From: a virus
Taxonomy: Duplodnaviria; Heunggongvirae; Uroviricota; Caudoviricetes
Virus record (IMG/VR): IMGVR_UViG_3300045988_145627
Coordinates: 1-64,000 of that record
Strand: one strand, 5' to 3'
Length of the DNA stretch: 64,000 bases
The notes under the pieces were generated by a model that saw only the letters and a program-made list of their open reading frames with translations, had not been told where the DNA came from and made no database searches. Shown here in pieces: positions 40,234 to 49,733 of this stretch; the first letter of the stretch is position 1; the number at the start of each line of letters is the position of its first letter. The translations under genes were made by a program, and so were the position numbers.

Positions 40234-41552
40234 AAAAGTTGATCGCACTTAAGCATAAGCTGGACGAAATGAAAGCTATGGGAACCAATGCAAAAAAAGA
40301 GGCATTGGCCAACATGGATGACTTTGAACAAAGCATGGTTTCATTGATGCTCAACCCTTTCATCCGTTTTGGGGTAAAGAAATACAAAGTGGCAGAGCCG
40401 CTTAGTGAGTCCGTCCCAAGTGACGAAAAAGCCATTGATGTACTGAATAAGCTGGCCTCTCGCGAGCTGACGGGGAACGCAGCAATAGCTGCTGTTGAGT
40501 CTATCGTGGCGTCAATGTGCGCCGATGGGCAGGACGTGTTCCGTCGTTTCCTCTTAAAAGACCCGAAAGCGGGTGTTGGGATTAGCCTATGCAACAAGGT
40601 TTTTGAAAATCCCATTCCGAAATTCGAGGTGCAGCTGGCGTCACCGTATAAAGAAAAAGGCGACAAATACCCCTTCAAGCCAAACCCTAAAGCAAAATGG
40701 CCGATGATTGGCAGCCTTAAGCTCGATGGTTTGCGAGTAATTTGCGAGGTTATTGTTGACGAAGAAGAGGTTAACTTCCTTTCTCGTACTGGTAATCCAA
40801 TCACGTCTCTCGATCACCTAAAGCCAGCCATGCTCGAATTAGGCAAACTTTCAGGCCACAAACACATCTTCTTCGATGGTGAAGGCACAGCCGGTTCATT
40901 TAACCAGTCCGTATCTGCATTGCGCAAAAAGAACGTGCAGGCAATTGGCGCTATTTATCATGTTTTCGACTTCTTCCTACCGGAATGGCGAGCACAGGCT
41001 AAATCCAAAGAGTATGCAAAGACATGTATGAAGCTGAAAGAGCGCCTGGCTATGCTCGTGGCGTTGTTCAAAAACGATCGCAGTGAAGGCTACGCACAAG
41101 ACATTCACCTGCATCCGTTCTACATCATCCATAGCCACGAAGACTTCATCGAACGCTTCATGAAACGCCTGGACGATAACGAAGAAGGGGAGATGGGCAA
41201 AGATCCGAACTCTGTTTACGAGTTTAAACGTACCCGCAGCTGGTGGAAGTTAAAAGACGAAGATTCAGAAGATGGTGAAATTATCGATTTTGAGCCGGGC
41301 GACCCGGACTCTGGTTTTGCCAACACGCTTGGAAAAATTGTTATTCGTCTTGAAAACGGCGTCATCGTTCGTGCGAGCGGCATTAAGCATAAATATCTGG
41401 ACGAGATCTGGAACAACAAAGAGAAGTACCGTGGTCGCATTGTCGAGGTTCATTGTCACGAGAAAACACCTGATGGCAGCTTACGCCACCCACGACTGAA
41501 ATGGCCGCGTTGCTTACGCGATACCGAAGATCGAATCGGAGATAAAGAATGA
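40230..41552 (+). CDS. ATP-dependent DNA ligase (phage type)
   Basis: Adenylation motif KLDGLR, FFDGE, WWKLK, C-terminal LRHPRLKW. Confidence 0.8.
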   Translation: MKKLIALKHKLDEMKAMGTNAKKEALANMDDFEQSMVSLMLNPFIRFGVKKYKVAEPLSESVPSDEKAIDVLNKLASRELTGNAAIAAVESIVASMCADGQDVFRRFLLKDPKAGVGISLCNKVFENPIPKFEVQLASPYKEKGDKYPFKPNPKAKWPMIGSLKLDGLRVICEVIVDEEEVNFLSRTGNPITSLDHLKPAMLELGKLSGHKHIFFDGEGTAGSFNQSVSALRKKNVQAIGAIYHVFDFFLPEWRAQAKSKEYAKTCMKLKERLAMLVALFKNDRSEGYAQDIHLHPFYIIHSHEDFIERFMKRLDDNEEGEMGKDPNSVYEFKRTRSWWKLKDEDSEDGEIIDFEPGDPDSGFANTLGKIVIRLENGVIVRASGIKHKYLDEIWNNKEKYRGRIVEVHCHEKTPDGSLRHPRLKWPRCLRDTEDRIGDKE

Positions 41553-41764
41553 TCGTATTAAGTAAACGGGAGAAAGAAACGCTTCATGAAATTAGTAAGT
41601 GGCCGGAGTTCCCTGAGTACTGGAAGCCTAAAACGCGAGCTAAGTTAGAGCGTTTAGGGTTGGTTGCAAACGTTTCTGAAACGTGGTGCTCGGCCAACTA
41701 CCAGTTAACTGATAAAGGGAAATTATTGCTACAGCAATTAGTAGAATCAAGAGCCTTTAAATGA
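41549..41764 (+). CDS. hypothetical small protein
   Basis: 71 aa, start overlaps ligase stop. Confidence 0.35.
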   Translation: MIVLSKREKETLHEISKWPEFPEYWKPKTRAKLERLGLVANVSETWCSANYQLTDKGKLLLQQLVESRAFK

Positions 41765-41910
41765 TTCCATACATCTCATTGGCTTTTATGGCTGGCTTCC
41801 TTATCGGCTTCGGCATCTGTCGTGATTTGATTAAGCAGGAACTTAAAACCAAAACACTGTGCATCGGGAAGCGTGTGTATCGGGTAGTTCATGAAACAAA
41901 GGTGAGAACA
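41761..41910 (+). CDS. small hydrophobic protein (49 aa), putative
   Basis: ATGA overlap at both ends; below track size cutoff; hydrophobic MIPYISLAFMAGFLIGFGIC. Confidence 0.3.
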
Positions 41911-42200
41911 TGAGCAATTTAACTTCTTGGGACTGGTGGTTGGTACACTATTTCTTAGCGGCCGGAGTCGCATTCGCCTTTTACGTAGGTCAGTTAGTCG
42001 TAAAACTGTTGCTGATTAAATTTGCTAGTCATAAACGTATCGATGATGGTCTGTGGCGTCTTGGCACCCTGGTGGAAACTCGCTACGGGCAACTTAAGGA
42101 GAACGAAACCATTACTATCCAAGCGAAACGATTCACTGCCACCATCACAAGAACACCTAGTCGTAGAGTGGCCTTGATCAAAAAAGTCACAACCGAATAA
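41910..42200 (+). CDS. small membrane protein
   Basis: N-terminal TM WWLVHYFLAAGVAFAFYV. Confidence 0.35.
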   Translation: MSNLTSWDWWLVHYFLAAGVAFAFYVGQLVVKLLLIKFASHKRIDDGLWRLGTLVETRYGQLKENETITIQAKRFTATITRTPSRRVALIKKVTTE

Positions 42201-42978
42201 AAACACAAAGATAAGTATTTACTTACTTATCTTTTATGTATAAGATGACTTTGTTTTCGTTGAGACGCGACTGTTTGAACTTAAATACAAGTGCAAACGA
42301 AGAAGTCTATCTGGCAGTAGCCTAATAAGCCAAACACCAGCGAGGTCAGTTTCCAGCCTCGTTACCGAAATGGGACACACTGAGCGAGTGTGATTGCAGA
42401 ACGCAGGAGGGAACATTCATGTTCCCTCCGATGAAGTAACAGAATGGGCGGTTGGTATATTTTCAACTCCATATGACTCCCGGATTCTTAGCCACTGACC
42501 GCCCATCCTGTTACGTCATTTTGTTCAATTATGTCGTTTATACTGGGTTAAAAAGCGGCGACGTAGCCCGGCTGGTATGGTTAGCCAGCACACAACGTTG
42601 AGGCCATTACATTTTTATTAATTCTAAGGTTCTATTCACAGAGATACCGGCGAGCGTTGATATGTAACATGTTGGGCAAACATTCAATCGGAGTAGTGGC
42701 CTCAACGTTGTGAAGACAGGATTGTTGTGTAGGTTTAACCACTGTTGCCATTGGTGCCTGTTTTCACAACAAATGATTCCATACATCACATTGTATAAAT
42801 TACAAAGTAGGTGCTGTCCTCAGAAACATCATCTACTTAAAGATTTTGCCTTCTACTATTGAGCGAAGTCGAAAGCGTCTGGCACTAACGAAAAGTGCAA
42901 GTAGCGGTGCGTTTCCTGGCAGAAACTAAACCGTCGCGATTGGCACTGTTGAGTAATAAATACTGGCAGTGCCGAATT

Positions 42979-43053
42979 GATGGTGTAGCTCAGCGGTAGA
43001 GCAGTTGGCTGTTAACCAACTGGTCGGTGGTTCGAATCCGTTAACCGGCACCA
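42979..43053 (+). tRNA. tRNA-Asn(GTT)-like, non-canonical T/acceptor stems (possible pseudogene or fragment)
   Basis: Canonical D arm GCTC-AGCGGTA-GAGC, anticodon arm GTTGG-CTGTTAA-CCAAC, T loop TTCGAAT, 3' CCA; T and acceptor stems need wobble pairs and mismatches. Confidence 0.45.
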
Positions 43054-43266
43054 ACACAACAGGAAAGAGCATTGAGAACCGCCGAGACTGCACTGTTTGA
43101 AGCGTAAGTCCGTGCAAACGTCATACAGTGCTCTTTTCGTTGTGGTGAATGCGGCTAAGCGCACGCGGGGAAATGGTTATATTGATCCTTTGTGATGTCT
43201 ATTGGCTCCGTCCACGGTGGATAACCAGCCAAAGGACACCGGGAAGCACCCGGCACCATAACAATT

Positions 43267-43353
43267 GGAGAGTAGGGAGCATGGTGCTCAAGCGGTCTTG
43301 AAAACCGTCCCATTGCGCAAGCGATGATGGTTCGATTCCATTACTCTCCGCCA
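43267..43353 (+). tRNA. tRNA-Ser (anticodon TGA), type II with long variable arm
   Basis: Acceptor GGAGAGT/ACTCTCC, anticodon loop CTTGAAA, T arm GATGG-TTCGATT-CCATT, 3' GCCA. Confidence 0.8.
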
Positions 43354-43508
43354 GACACAGCGTTGAGCGGTTTGGCCTTTTAATCAACTCGATTAAGACT
43401 CCGCTAACATAAACCAGACCGCTCAACGCTGTGATAGACAATTACGGCAGACGTTCTTAACCATAGCTTGCTAACATCCTAGCAACACTTTTTTTCAGCG
43501 CAAAATTC

Positions 43509-43532
43509 AAAGGGGCTTCGGCCCCTTTTTTG
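43509..43532. terminator. bidirectional intrinsic terminator
   Basis: AGGGGC-ttcg-GCCCCT flanked by A-run upstream and T-run downstream; between convergent tRNA locus and minus-strand gene. Confidence 0.7.
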
Positions 43533-43548
43533 AAAGCAATGGGCAAGT

Positions 43549-44883
43549 TCATGCCAAATTATCCAGATTTCTTTTCTTTTGTTCAATTATATTTCTCGCG
43601 CCAGAAAAAATTTTACTCAAAATAATTGATTTGCTTGCTCTATTATTAAGATGTAACAACGCGCTATAAAATACATAGTTATCTATTTTACTATTTAAAG
43701 TATTCCCAAGCTTCCCGTCATATATGCTATTAATAGTATTAAAATATACATGTTCAGGACCTATATTACAAATACCCCTATCAACTCGCTTTAAATAATG
43801 TTTAACTAAAGAAATAGCATCTTCCTTATCATTAATAACATAAAGTCCTGAGCGTTTACCCAGTTTGCTGTTCGAGAGCAATTTACAACCTACAAGCTCA
43901 CTTAACGTATCTTCAAAATTTTTCAACTCTTTGTCGGCGTTTTCCAGATAATGCTCAATCTCTTTCTCCATATTACTTATTAGAGAATTAAATTCTGCTC
44001 GTAACAAATCACCACCAGGTGATTTATAACTCCATAAAATTGAATTGGTAATACGTACTACGTCAGATACTTCTGGTTTCTCTGAATAGTTTTTGTATCT
44101 AGTGCAAATAATGCTGTGCTTTATATATTCTCTAACTAATGATCGATAATCCCTTTCGAAAAGGGTTTTGACATCTAGTCTTCCATTGCTTGTTGTTATT
44201 AGTGTGGTATTTAAAACTGGGTCGCCTTCAAAAAAATTATATTTATTTAGTAATCGTTTTAGCTTGTGTGAATTATGTGATGTTTCGCCATAATAATTTA
44301 GCCCAAAAATAGCAATTATTAGCATAACATCAGGAGTGATGAAATGTCGTAATTGCTCGGCATAAACTTTTTTCTCTTCGATTTTCGAAGATGGAGAGTA
44401 AAAACCTTTGTCTATATATTCTAATATTGAAACAATATTACTAACATAACGTATAAAAACTTGATTCATTACAACGGAACCATAAACCTGATGCAAATAA
44501 TCTACTCTCAAGTTGTTTTTTATTTTTTCCCCTGTGCTAGATGATAACTCTTCTTTTACCTGCCCAAGTAGCTTTTCGTGGTGCTCCAGCAATGTTTTAA
44601 ACCATTGTTCAAATGATGATTTTCTTGCCTCAGTTAATGAATCTGATGTTATCTGGACAGCTTTCATAGCTGCTTTCGCACTTTTCTTTGCTTCATAAGC
44701 GTTCCATGCTGTAGCACAAAAAGCTGCCGCCGTGATGCAACTGGTAAAAATAGAAATCCTATCTGCAACATTCAAGCTCCAGAACCAATCAGACGATGAA
44801 ATCAAAACCACAGATATTACGGGAACAATGAAAATCAAAACAGGCATGTATGTACTCGCTCTAATAGTTATTAGTCGAGGCAA
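43549..44883 (-). CDS. A+T-rich membrane-anchored protein of unknown function (candidate exclusion/abortive-infection factor)
   Basis: 444 aa; N-terminal TM helices (MPVLIFIVPVISVVLISS, ISIFTSCITAAAFCATAW), large soluble C-terminal domain; composition differs visibly from flanks. Confidence 0.55.
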   Translation of the reverse strand: MPRLITIRASTYMPVLIFIVPVISVVLISSSDWFWSLNVADRISIFTSCITAAAFCATAWNAYEAKKSAKAAMKAVQITSDSLTEARKSSFEQWFKTLLEHHEKLLGQVKEELSSSTGEKIKNNLRVDYLHQVYGSVVMNQVFIRYVSNIVSILEYIDKGFYSPSSKIEEKKVYAEQLRHFITPDVMLIIAIFGLNYYGETSHNSHKLKRLLNKYNFFEGDPVLNTTLITTSNGRLDVKTLFERDYRSLVREYIKHSIICTRYKNYSEKPEVSDVVRITNSILWSYKSPGGDLLRAEFNSLISNMEKEIEHYLENADKELKNFEDTLSELVGCKLLSNSKLGKRSGLYVINDKEDAISLVKHYLKRVDRGICNIGPEHVYFNTINSIYDGKLGNTLNSKIDNYVFYSALLHLNNRASKSIILSKIFSGARNIIEQKKRNLDNLA

Positions 44884-45025
44884 ATATTATATAAATCTCG
44901 TTATGATTTACAGACATGTATACGTATTGCTAATTATCACCAACAAATGATAGGTGTGTACATATTTATCATTTGTTGTAAAATTAATGTATACGCTATG
45001 AATACACTAATAATATGAGGTAATC

Positions 45026-45271
45026 ATGACTATCGTTATCTACGGACGAGATAACTGTTCATACTGCAAACGTGCGGTCGAGCTGGCGAAGCAACTAAAG
45101 GGACATGGCTACGGTGATTATGAGTACATCGACATCACCACTGCTGGTATCGACAAGGAAAAACTTAGTGAAATTGTTGGTAAACCGGTAGAGACTATCC
45201 CCCAGGTACTGATCGATGGCCAACCGATTGGCGGATACACAGAACTGGCTGCATACGTCAGCACCCTCTGA
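45026..45271 (+). CDS. glutaredoxin-like protein (NrdH/Grx)
   Basis: CSYC active-site motif near N-terminus, about 80 aa; RBS gaggt. Confidence 0.8.
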   Translation: MTIVIYGRDNCSYCKRAVELAKQLKGHGYGDYEYIDITTAGIDKEKLSEIVGKPVETIPQVLIDGQPIGGYTELAAYVSTL

Positions 45272-45276
45272 TTTTA

Positions 45277-45300
45277 ACGGCTCACAGGAGCCGTTTTTTA
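45277..45300 (+). terminator. intrinsic terminator
   Basis: CGGCTC-acag-GAGCCG followed by TTTTTT. Confidence 0.7.
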
Positions 45301-45482
45301 TTCCCACCAAACTCACACCTGTTTCCCTTAAAATTCAAAAAACAACATCTAAATGATTCCATACCTACTATGTATGGAATCATTACTGAAAATGAGTTAC
45401 TTTTACTCTTGATCCTATAAGAATCTATGCCTAATATACTGTTTACTTATACAGTGCATCGGCGTAACTCGGTGATTGTCAT

Positions 45483-46586
45483 ATGAAAAATAGCTTTGAC
45501 AGAGCACGCGCTGCGGAGAACACCTCAAAAGAGGCGATTGAGTATCTCGAAAGAGCATCTCAAATGCAGGCCGTTATGATCTCCCAGGTCAGCAATGACA
45601 TGAGATTCTCGGACGCATTCATGTTATTCACTCGCTTATCTCTGCTGATAACAAGACGTCGGCCAGAGATCGCTGTTCATTGTATTTTGATACATGTTTT
45701 GCCGCACATTGCCGATGTAAAAGTAAGTGATATTAATAGGTTCATGGTGAACCAACTGGTCAACCCACTAATACTGGATGGCAAAATTGTTATGGGTCGC
45801 CGCGTTTTCTCTCTGATGAAGCAGTTCCTCAGCTGGTGCGCCTTCCAGGGGATGATCGACGTGTCACCGTTAAACGATATGTCACTTAACAAAGTTGCCG
45901 GTGGCGCAAAGCCCACACCTCGCGAGCGGAAGCTAACCGACGCAGAGGTATGGGTGTTCTGGAATATATGGGACTACTTCAATGTGTGTGCTGGTACAAA
46001 ATGGGCGGCCAGGCTATGTCTTGTATCCGCAAGACGACCTGACGAAGTACTGCGGGCTAAAAAAAGTGAGTTCAACCTCCAGCGTGGGGTTTGGAATCAA
46101 GGCAAGAGAAACAAATCAGCCCGTGAGCATTCTCTGCCTTTAAGCACATTAATGCGCACATGCATTGAAGAGTTATTCGAATATGGTAAAGGCAGCCAGT
46201 GGCTTGTGCCTTCGAATAAAAAAATCGGGAAAGATCTTCCGATGTCTAAAGTGGCAATAGCCCAGGCATTACGCCGTATCCTGGAACGACCAGAACTGAT
46301 GGAGCTTGAGCCATTTACACCACGAGATTTGCGTCGTACTGCGCGTAGTTACTTCCCAGCATTAGGCATAAGCCAGGAGGTATCACGTAAAATCATGAAC
46401 CACAGTCTTGAGGGGATAGATCGGGTCTACGACCGGCACGATTATATGGACGAGATGCGAGACGCCTTAGAAAGTTTCTCGACGTACATCGCATCAATCG
46501 TAGAGCAACCGGATTTAGACGAAATTGACCACAAATTCAAGGGAGATCGTCTATCGACAGAGCTTATTCGTGTAAATTTTTCATAG
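45483..46586 (+). CDS. tyrosine recombinase (integrase/resolvase family)
   Basis: C-terminal catalytic region with RRPDE..., FTPRDLRRTARS, NHSLEG..RVYDRHDY (Tyr nucleophile context). Confidence 0.7.
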   Translation: MKNSFDRARAAENTSKEAIEYLERASQMQAVMISQVSNDMRFSDAFMLFTRLSLLITRRRPEIAVHCILIHVLPHIADVKVSDINRFMVNQLVNPLILDGKIVMGRRVFSLMKQFLSWCAFQGMIDVSPLNDMSLNKVAGGAKPTPRERKLTDAEVWVFWNIWDYFNVCAGTKWAARLCLVSARRPDEVLRAKKSEFNLQRGVWNQGKRNKSAREHSLPLSTLMRTCIEELFEYGKGSQWLVPSNKKIGKDLPMSKVAIAQALRRILERPELMELEPFTPRDLRRTARSYFPALGISQEVSRKIMNHSLEGIDRVYDRHDYMDEMRDALESFSTYIASIVEQPDLDEIDHKFKGDRLSTELIRVNFS

Positions 46587-46967
46587 AGACTTTATGGCCT
46601 CAACAACCTTTTGTGATGCGCCTTTCTCTTTACCGAATCGCTCGTTATATGCAGCAAGAACCTGTTTTTCGTCCTCGTTAAGAGGAGCAGTGCCTTCTTT
46701 GTATAAAAATGCTGCGAGTTCGGGTTGGCGTTCTTCCAGCACCATCATCATAAGACGACTTGGCTCAATACCCAGTGCCAGCGCCAGCGGACGAACCTTA
46801 TCGATAGGCAAAGGAATTTTGCCGCTTTTAATTAAAGAAAGGTTGTTGGCGTTTTTATACCCAATTGTTTTGGCTATCTGGGCCTGGCTCATAGGTGAGG
46901 ATTCAATCAACCCTGCGATAAAAGCAGCGTAGCGACTTTCTATAAATTCAATCTTGTTGTCAGACAT
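46581..46967 (-). CDS. XRE-family HTH transcriptional regulator (repressor-like)
   Basis: HTH MSQAQIAKTIGYKNANNLSLIKSGK; divergent from downstream plus-strand operon. Confidence 0.7.
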   Translation of the reverse strand: MSDNKIEFIESRYAAFIAGLIESSPMSQAQIAKTIGYKNANNLSLIKSGKIPLPIDKVRPLALALGIEPSRLMMMVLEERQPELAAFLYKEGTAPLNEDEKQVLAAYNERFGKEKGASQKVVEAIKSL

Positions 46968-47218
46968 TGTTACAACCTTTGCGCGTTCAATTCTCTCTGG
47001 TAAGTGCTTACCGATATTACATCAAAGGTTAGGGTTGTAAAGCTATTATCATTTTTTTCGGCAGGCACTTTAAAGACCGGACAAAGACCAATGCATGGTG
47101 AAAAACTAGCCCCAAATAGGTAAGAAAATTAACTTGCATCTAATATGGATGTATTCAGTATTGATATAAATTTTAGTAGTATTCCTTACAATAGTATAAG
47201 TAAGAATGGATTGATTGA

Positions 47219-47431
47219 ATGAACACCACTATTTCCAGCCTAATAGCTCTTGAGATCGGACACGTACAAAAATTAGCTGATGAGTGTGTAGCTGACATCC
47301 TCACCGAGCTACCGAATGAGCAGATTGAGGTTGGTGTGAATGACACAACTGGCTTTATATTCGAACTTAACAACAAACGCTTCACGCTTATCAATACCGG
47401 CTCCGGGTCTTTAGCCGTCAGAACCTGTTAA
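47219..47431 (+). CDS. hypothetical small protein
   Basis: 70 aa ORF in divergent promoter region. Confidence 0.3.
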   Translation: MNTTISSLIALEIGHVQKLADECVADILTELPNEQIEVGVNDTTGFIFELNNKRFTLINTGSGSLAVRTC

Positions 47432-47529
47432 TCCCTCTTCTACCTGCGCGAATGGCTTAGTTCCCTGTTCGCGCAGTGCTACATTAAACACACTAGTAAA
47501 TAATTTGTTTTCATAACAAAGGATTAGCC

Positions 47530-49638
47530 ATGTCCAAAAAACGTTCCATCAAAGAGGTTCAGGACTTCCGTGACAGTGTAAAACGAGTAGTCGCTCTCCT
47601 TTCAGGTAAAAACATCCCTGTTGCAGAACGAGGGGACGACGCTTATGTACGCTATAACGATGATGGAGAGCCAATTCTCGTAAACATCCCATCAATCCCA
47701 GATAACGCAACACCGGCATTGATGAATGCAGTACGCGGATTTCTAGATCATGAAGTTGCTCACATTTTGTTTACCGATATTCATGTGTCCAACAAAATGA
47801 GAGAAAAAGGACACGTCCCTTCCTGGTCACTATGGAATGCCTTAGAAGACGTGTTCATCGAGCGAAAAATGGGGCAGGTCTTTAACGGAACAAGACGTAA
47901 TCTGATGGCAACTCAGCGCCTGATAATCGAAAAAGTCTTTAAACCAAAGGCTTCAGAGGCTATTACTTATTGTGGCAAAGATCAGCGCGCGCTTTTTCTA
48001 AACTTCTTTCTCTGTCCGGTTGTAAGAGCCTGGGATGGCCAAGCACCGTTCGTAGATTTCATGGATGAATACTGGCCTGTCATTGAGAAACCAATTTCAT
48101 TATTAAAAGAACATGGTATCGATGTGGCCGTGCGTAACATGTCTTGCACGGAGGATTGTTTAAAGGTGGCTGCGACCATAGCTAAGATCCTCAAAGACAC
48201 AGAAAGTGAAAGCAAAGGTAAGGAGTCAGCTCCGGGAAAAACTCCCGATCCTTCAGACGCTGACCAAGCGGATTCCTCTGGAGAAAGTAATGAAGACAAT
48301 GAAGATCACAAGACACATGAGATGCTAGATAATCACATATCTATAGATGATGAGTCACACGGTAAGTACATACATGATGATAACGATAGTGATGATTCAG
48401 ATAATTCTGAATCATCAGAAACAATATTCGATGATACAAAAAATGATAAAGAGGTATTAGATTCTGATACTTCCAATAGCGCGACGACAGAAGCAACTAC
48501 CTCGGATCACGAAAAAAGAAAAACGGCAGAAGACGGCTCTTCAGACATTCCCACTCCGTCCAAAATGAGTCTGGAAGAGGCTTTAGAGGAGCTTGATAGC
48601 ATGGAAGATGAAGTCGGAGGCATGACAGAAGATGCACTATCCGAAACGATTAAAAGCGAGTTAACAGAAAGCTCGAAAAGCGAATACAGGCCATACAATC
48701 GCTCATACGACTTCATCGGTTCGATTGATCAGGCAGAAGCCCATATCAAACGGCTTATTAAAACATTCTCCGATATTGATTTAGGTGGATATCCAATCAG
48801 CCGTTATCGCATCGTTCCTGAAGGCAACCAACTCTTCGACAAATATATTGAAAAGCATCTTTCGTCAGGTGTTTCGTCGACGCTGGCAAAAGACCTGGAG
48901 CGTGCAATTGCAAGCAGAAACAGAGTTCAGTTTATACCGGGCCAGCGTCGGGGGCGCATTCATGGTTCTAGTATCTACAGATTAGCAATGAATGATGATC
49001 GCGTGTTTCGTAAAAAAGAAGAATCTAAGGCCGTTAACGCCTGTGTTCAACAAGTGATTGATTTATCAGGTTCAATGAGCGGCGAAACGATTAAACTGGC
49101 TCTTGCAAGTGCATATACCATCGCCGATGCGCTTGATCGAATAAATGTTCCCAACATTATCACCGGCTTCACAACATTTGGTAGTCATATGGCAGCAGGA
49201 GAGCTTAAGGCAATCAAGTATGAGTTCTCTCGCTTTGAATCTTTAATGCTACCTATCATCAAAAATTGGAATGAAAAGGCAAATTCTCGCGAAGTTCGCT
49301 CACGTATGGGGTGCGTAGGCTACACATTCCCACTTCTTAATAACGTGGATGGTGAAAGCATAGCCAGCCTTGCATCGTTATTTTCTGGTCGCATGGAGGA
49401 CAAGAAGATCATGCTTGTTCTAAGCGATGGCGCGCCGTGGGCTGTTGGGAGAGGTTTTGACGCTCATTTGCGTTCGGTTGCGAAGCAAATTGAAACGCAG
49501 ACTGACATTGATTTGATGGCAATTGGCATCATGACTGACGCACCGGAGAGATTTTACGCAAACCATGCCCTAGTAACGAGCGTTGATAGTCTTGGTTCAT
49601 CTGTAGTTACTGAACTATCTCGTATCATTTTGAAGTGA
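47530..49638 (+). CDS. von Willebrand factor A domain protein (CobT-like) with acidic low-complexity insert
   Basis: MIDAS motif IDLSGSMSGE; Asp/Ser/Glu-rich stretch DDNDSDDSDNSESSE. Confidence 0.75.
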   Translation: MSKKRSIKEVQDFRDSVKRVVALLSGKNIPVAERGDDAYVRYNDDGEPILVNIPSIPDNATPALMNAVRGFLDHEVAHILFTDIHVSNKMREKGHVPSWSLWNALEDVFIERKMGQVFNGTRRNLMATQRLIIEKVFKPKASEAITYCGKDQRALFLNFFLCPVVRAWDGQAPFVDFMDEYWPVIEKPISLLKEHGIDVAVRNMSCTEDCLKVAATIAKILKDTESESKGKESAPGKTPDPSDADQADSSGESNEDNEDHKTHEMLDNHISIDDESHGKYIHDDNDSDDSDNSESSETIFDDTKNDKEVLDSDTSNSATTEATTSDHEKRKTAEDGSSDIPTPSKMSLEEALEELDSMEDEVGGMTEDALSETIKSELTESSKSEYRPYNRSYDFIGSIDQAEAHIKRLIKTFSDIDLGGYPISRYRIVPEGNQLFDKYIEKHLSSGVSSTLAKDLERAIASRNRVQFIPGQRRGRIHGSSIYRLAMNDDRVFRKKEESKAVNACVQQVIDLSGSMSGETIKLALASAYTIADALDRINVPNIITGFTTFGSHMAAGELKAIKYEFSRFESLMLPIIKNWNEKANSREVRSRMGCVGYTFPLLNNVDGESIASLASLFSGRMEDKKIMLVLSDGAPWAVGRGFDAHLRSVAKQIETQTDIDLMAIGIMTDAPERFYANHALVTSVDSLGSSVVTELSRIILK

Positions 49639-49733
49639 TTAGAATAGCCTTAATGATAAGTAATCACTTACGATATTTGATGGTATATTTATATAAGAAG
49701 TTGAAAGCTCATTAGAAAACAAAGGAAAAACGC

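Noticed and set aside
42926-43441. Minus-strand ORFs 42926-43117 and 43199-43441 overlapping the tRNA genes
   Set aside because: They overlap well-formed tRNA structures and terminator hairpins; typical spurious ORFs in an RNA locus.
44732-44950. Plus-strand 72-aa ORF overlapping the 5' end of the minus-strand 444-aa gene
   Set aside because: A+T-rich and overlaps the larger gene's start and promoter region; no RBS.
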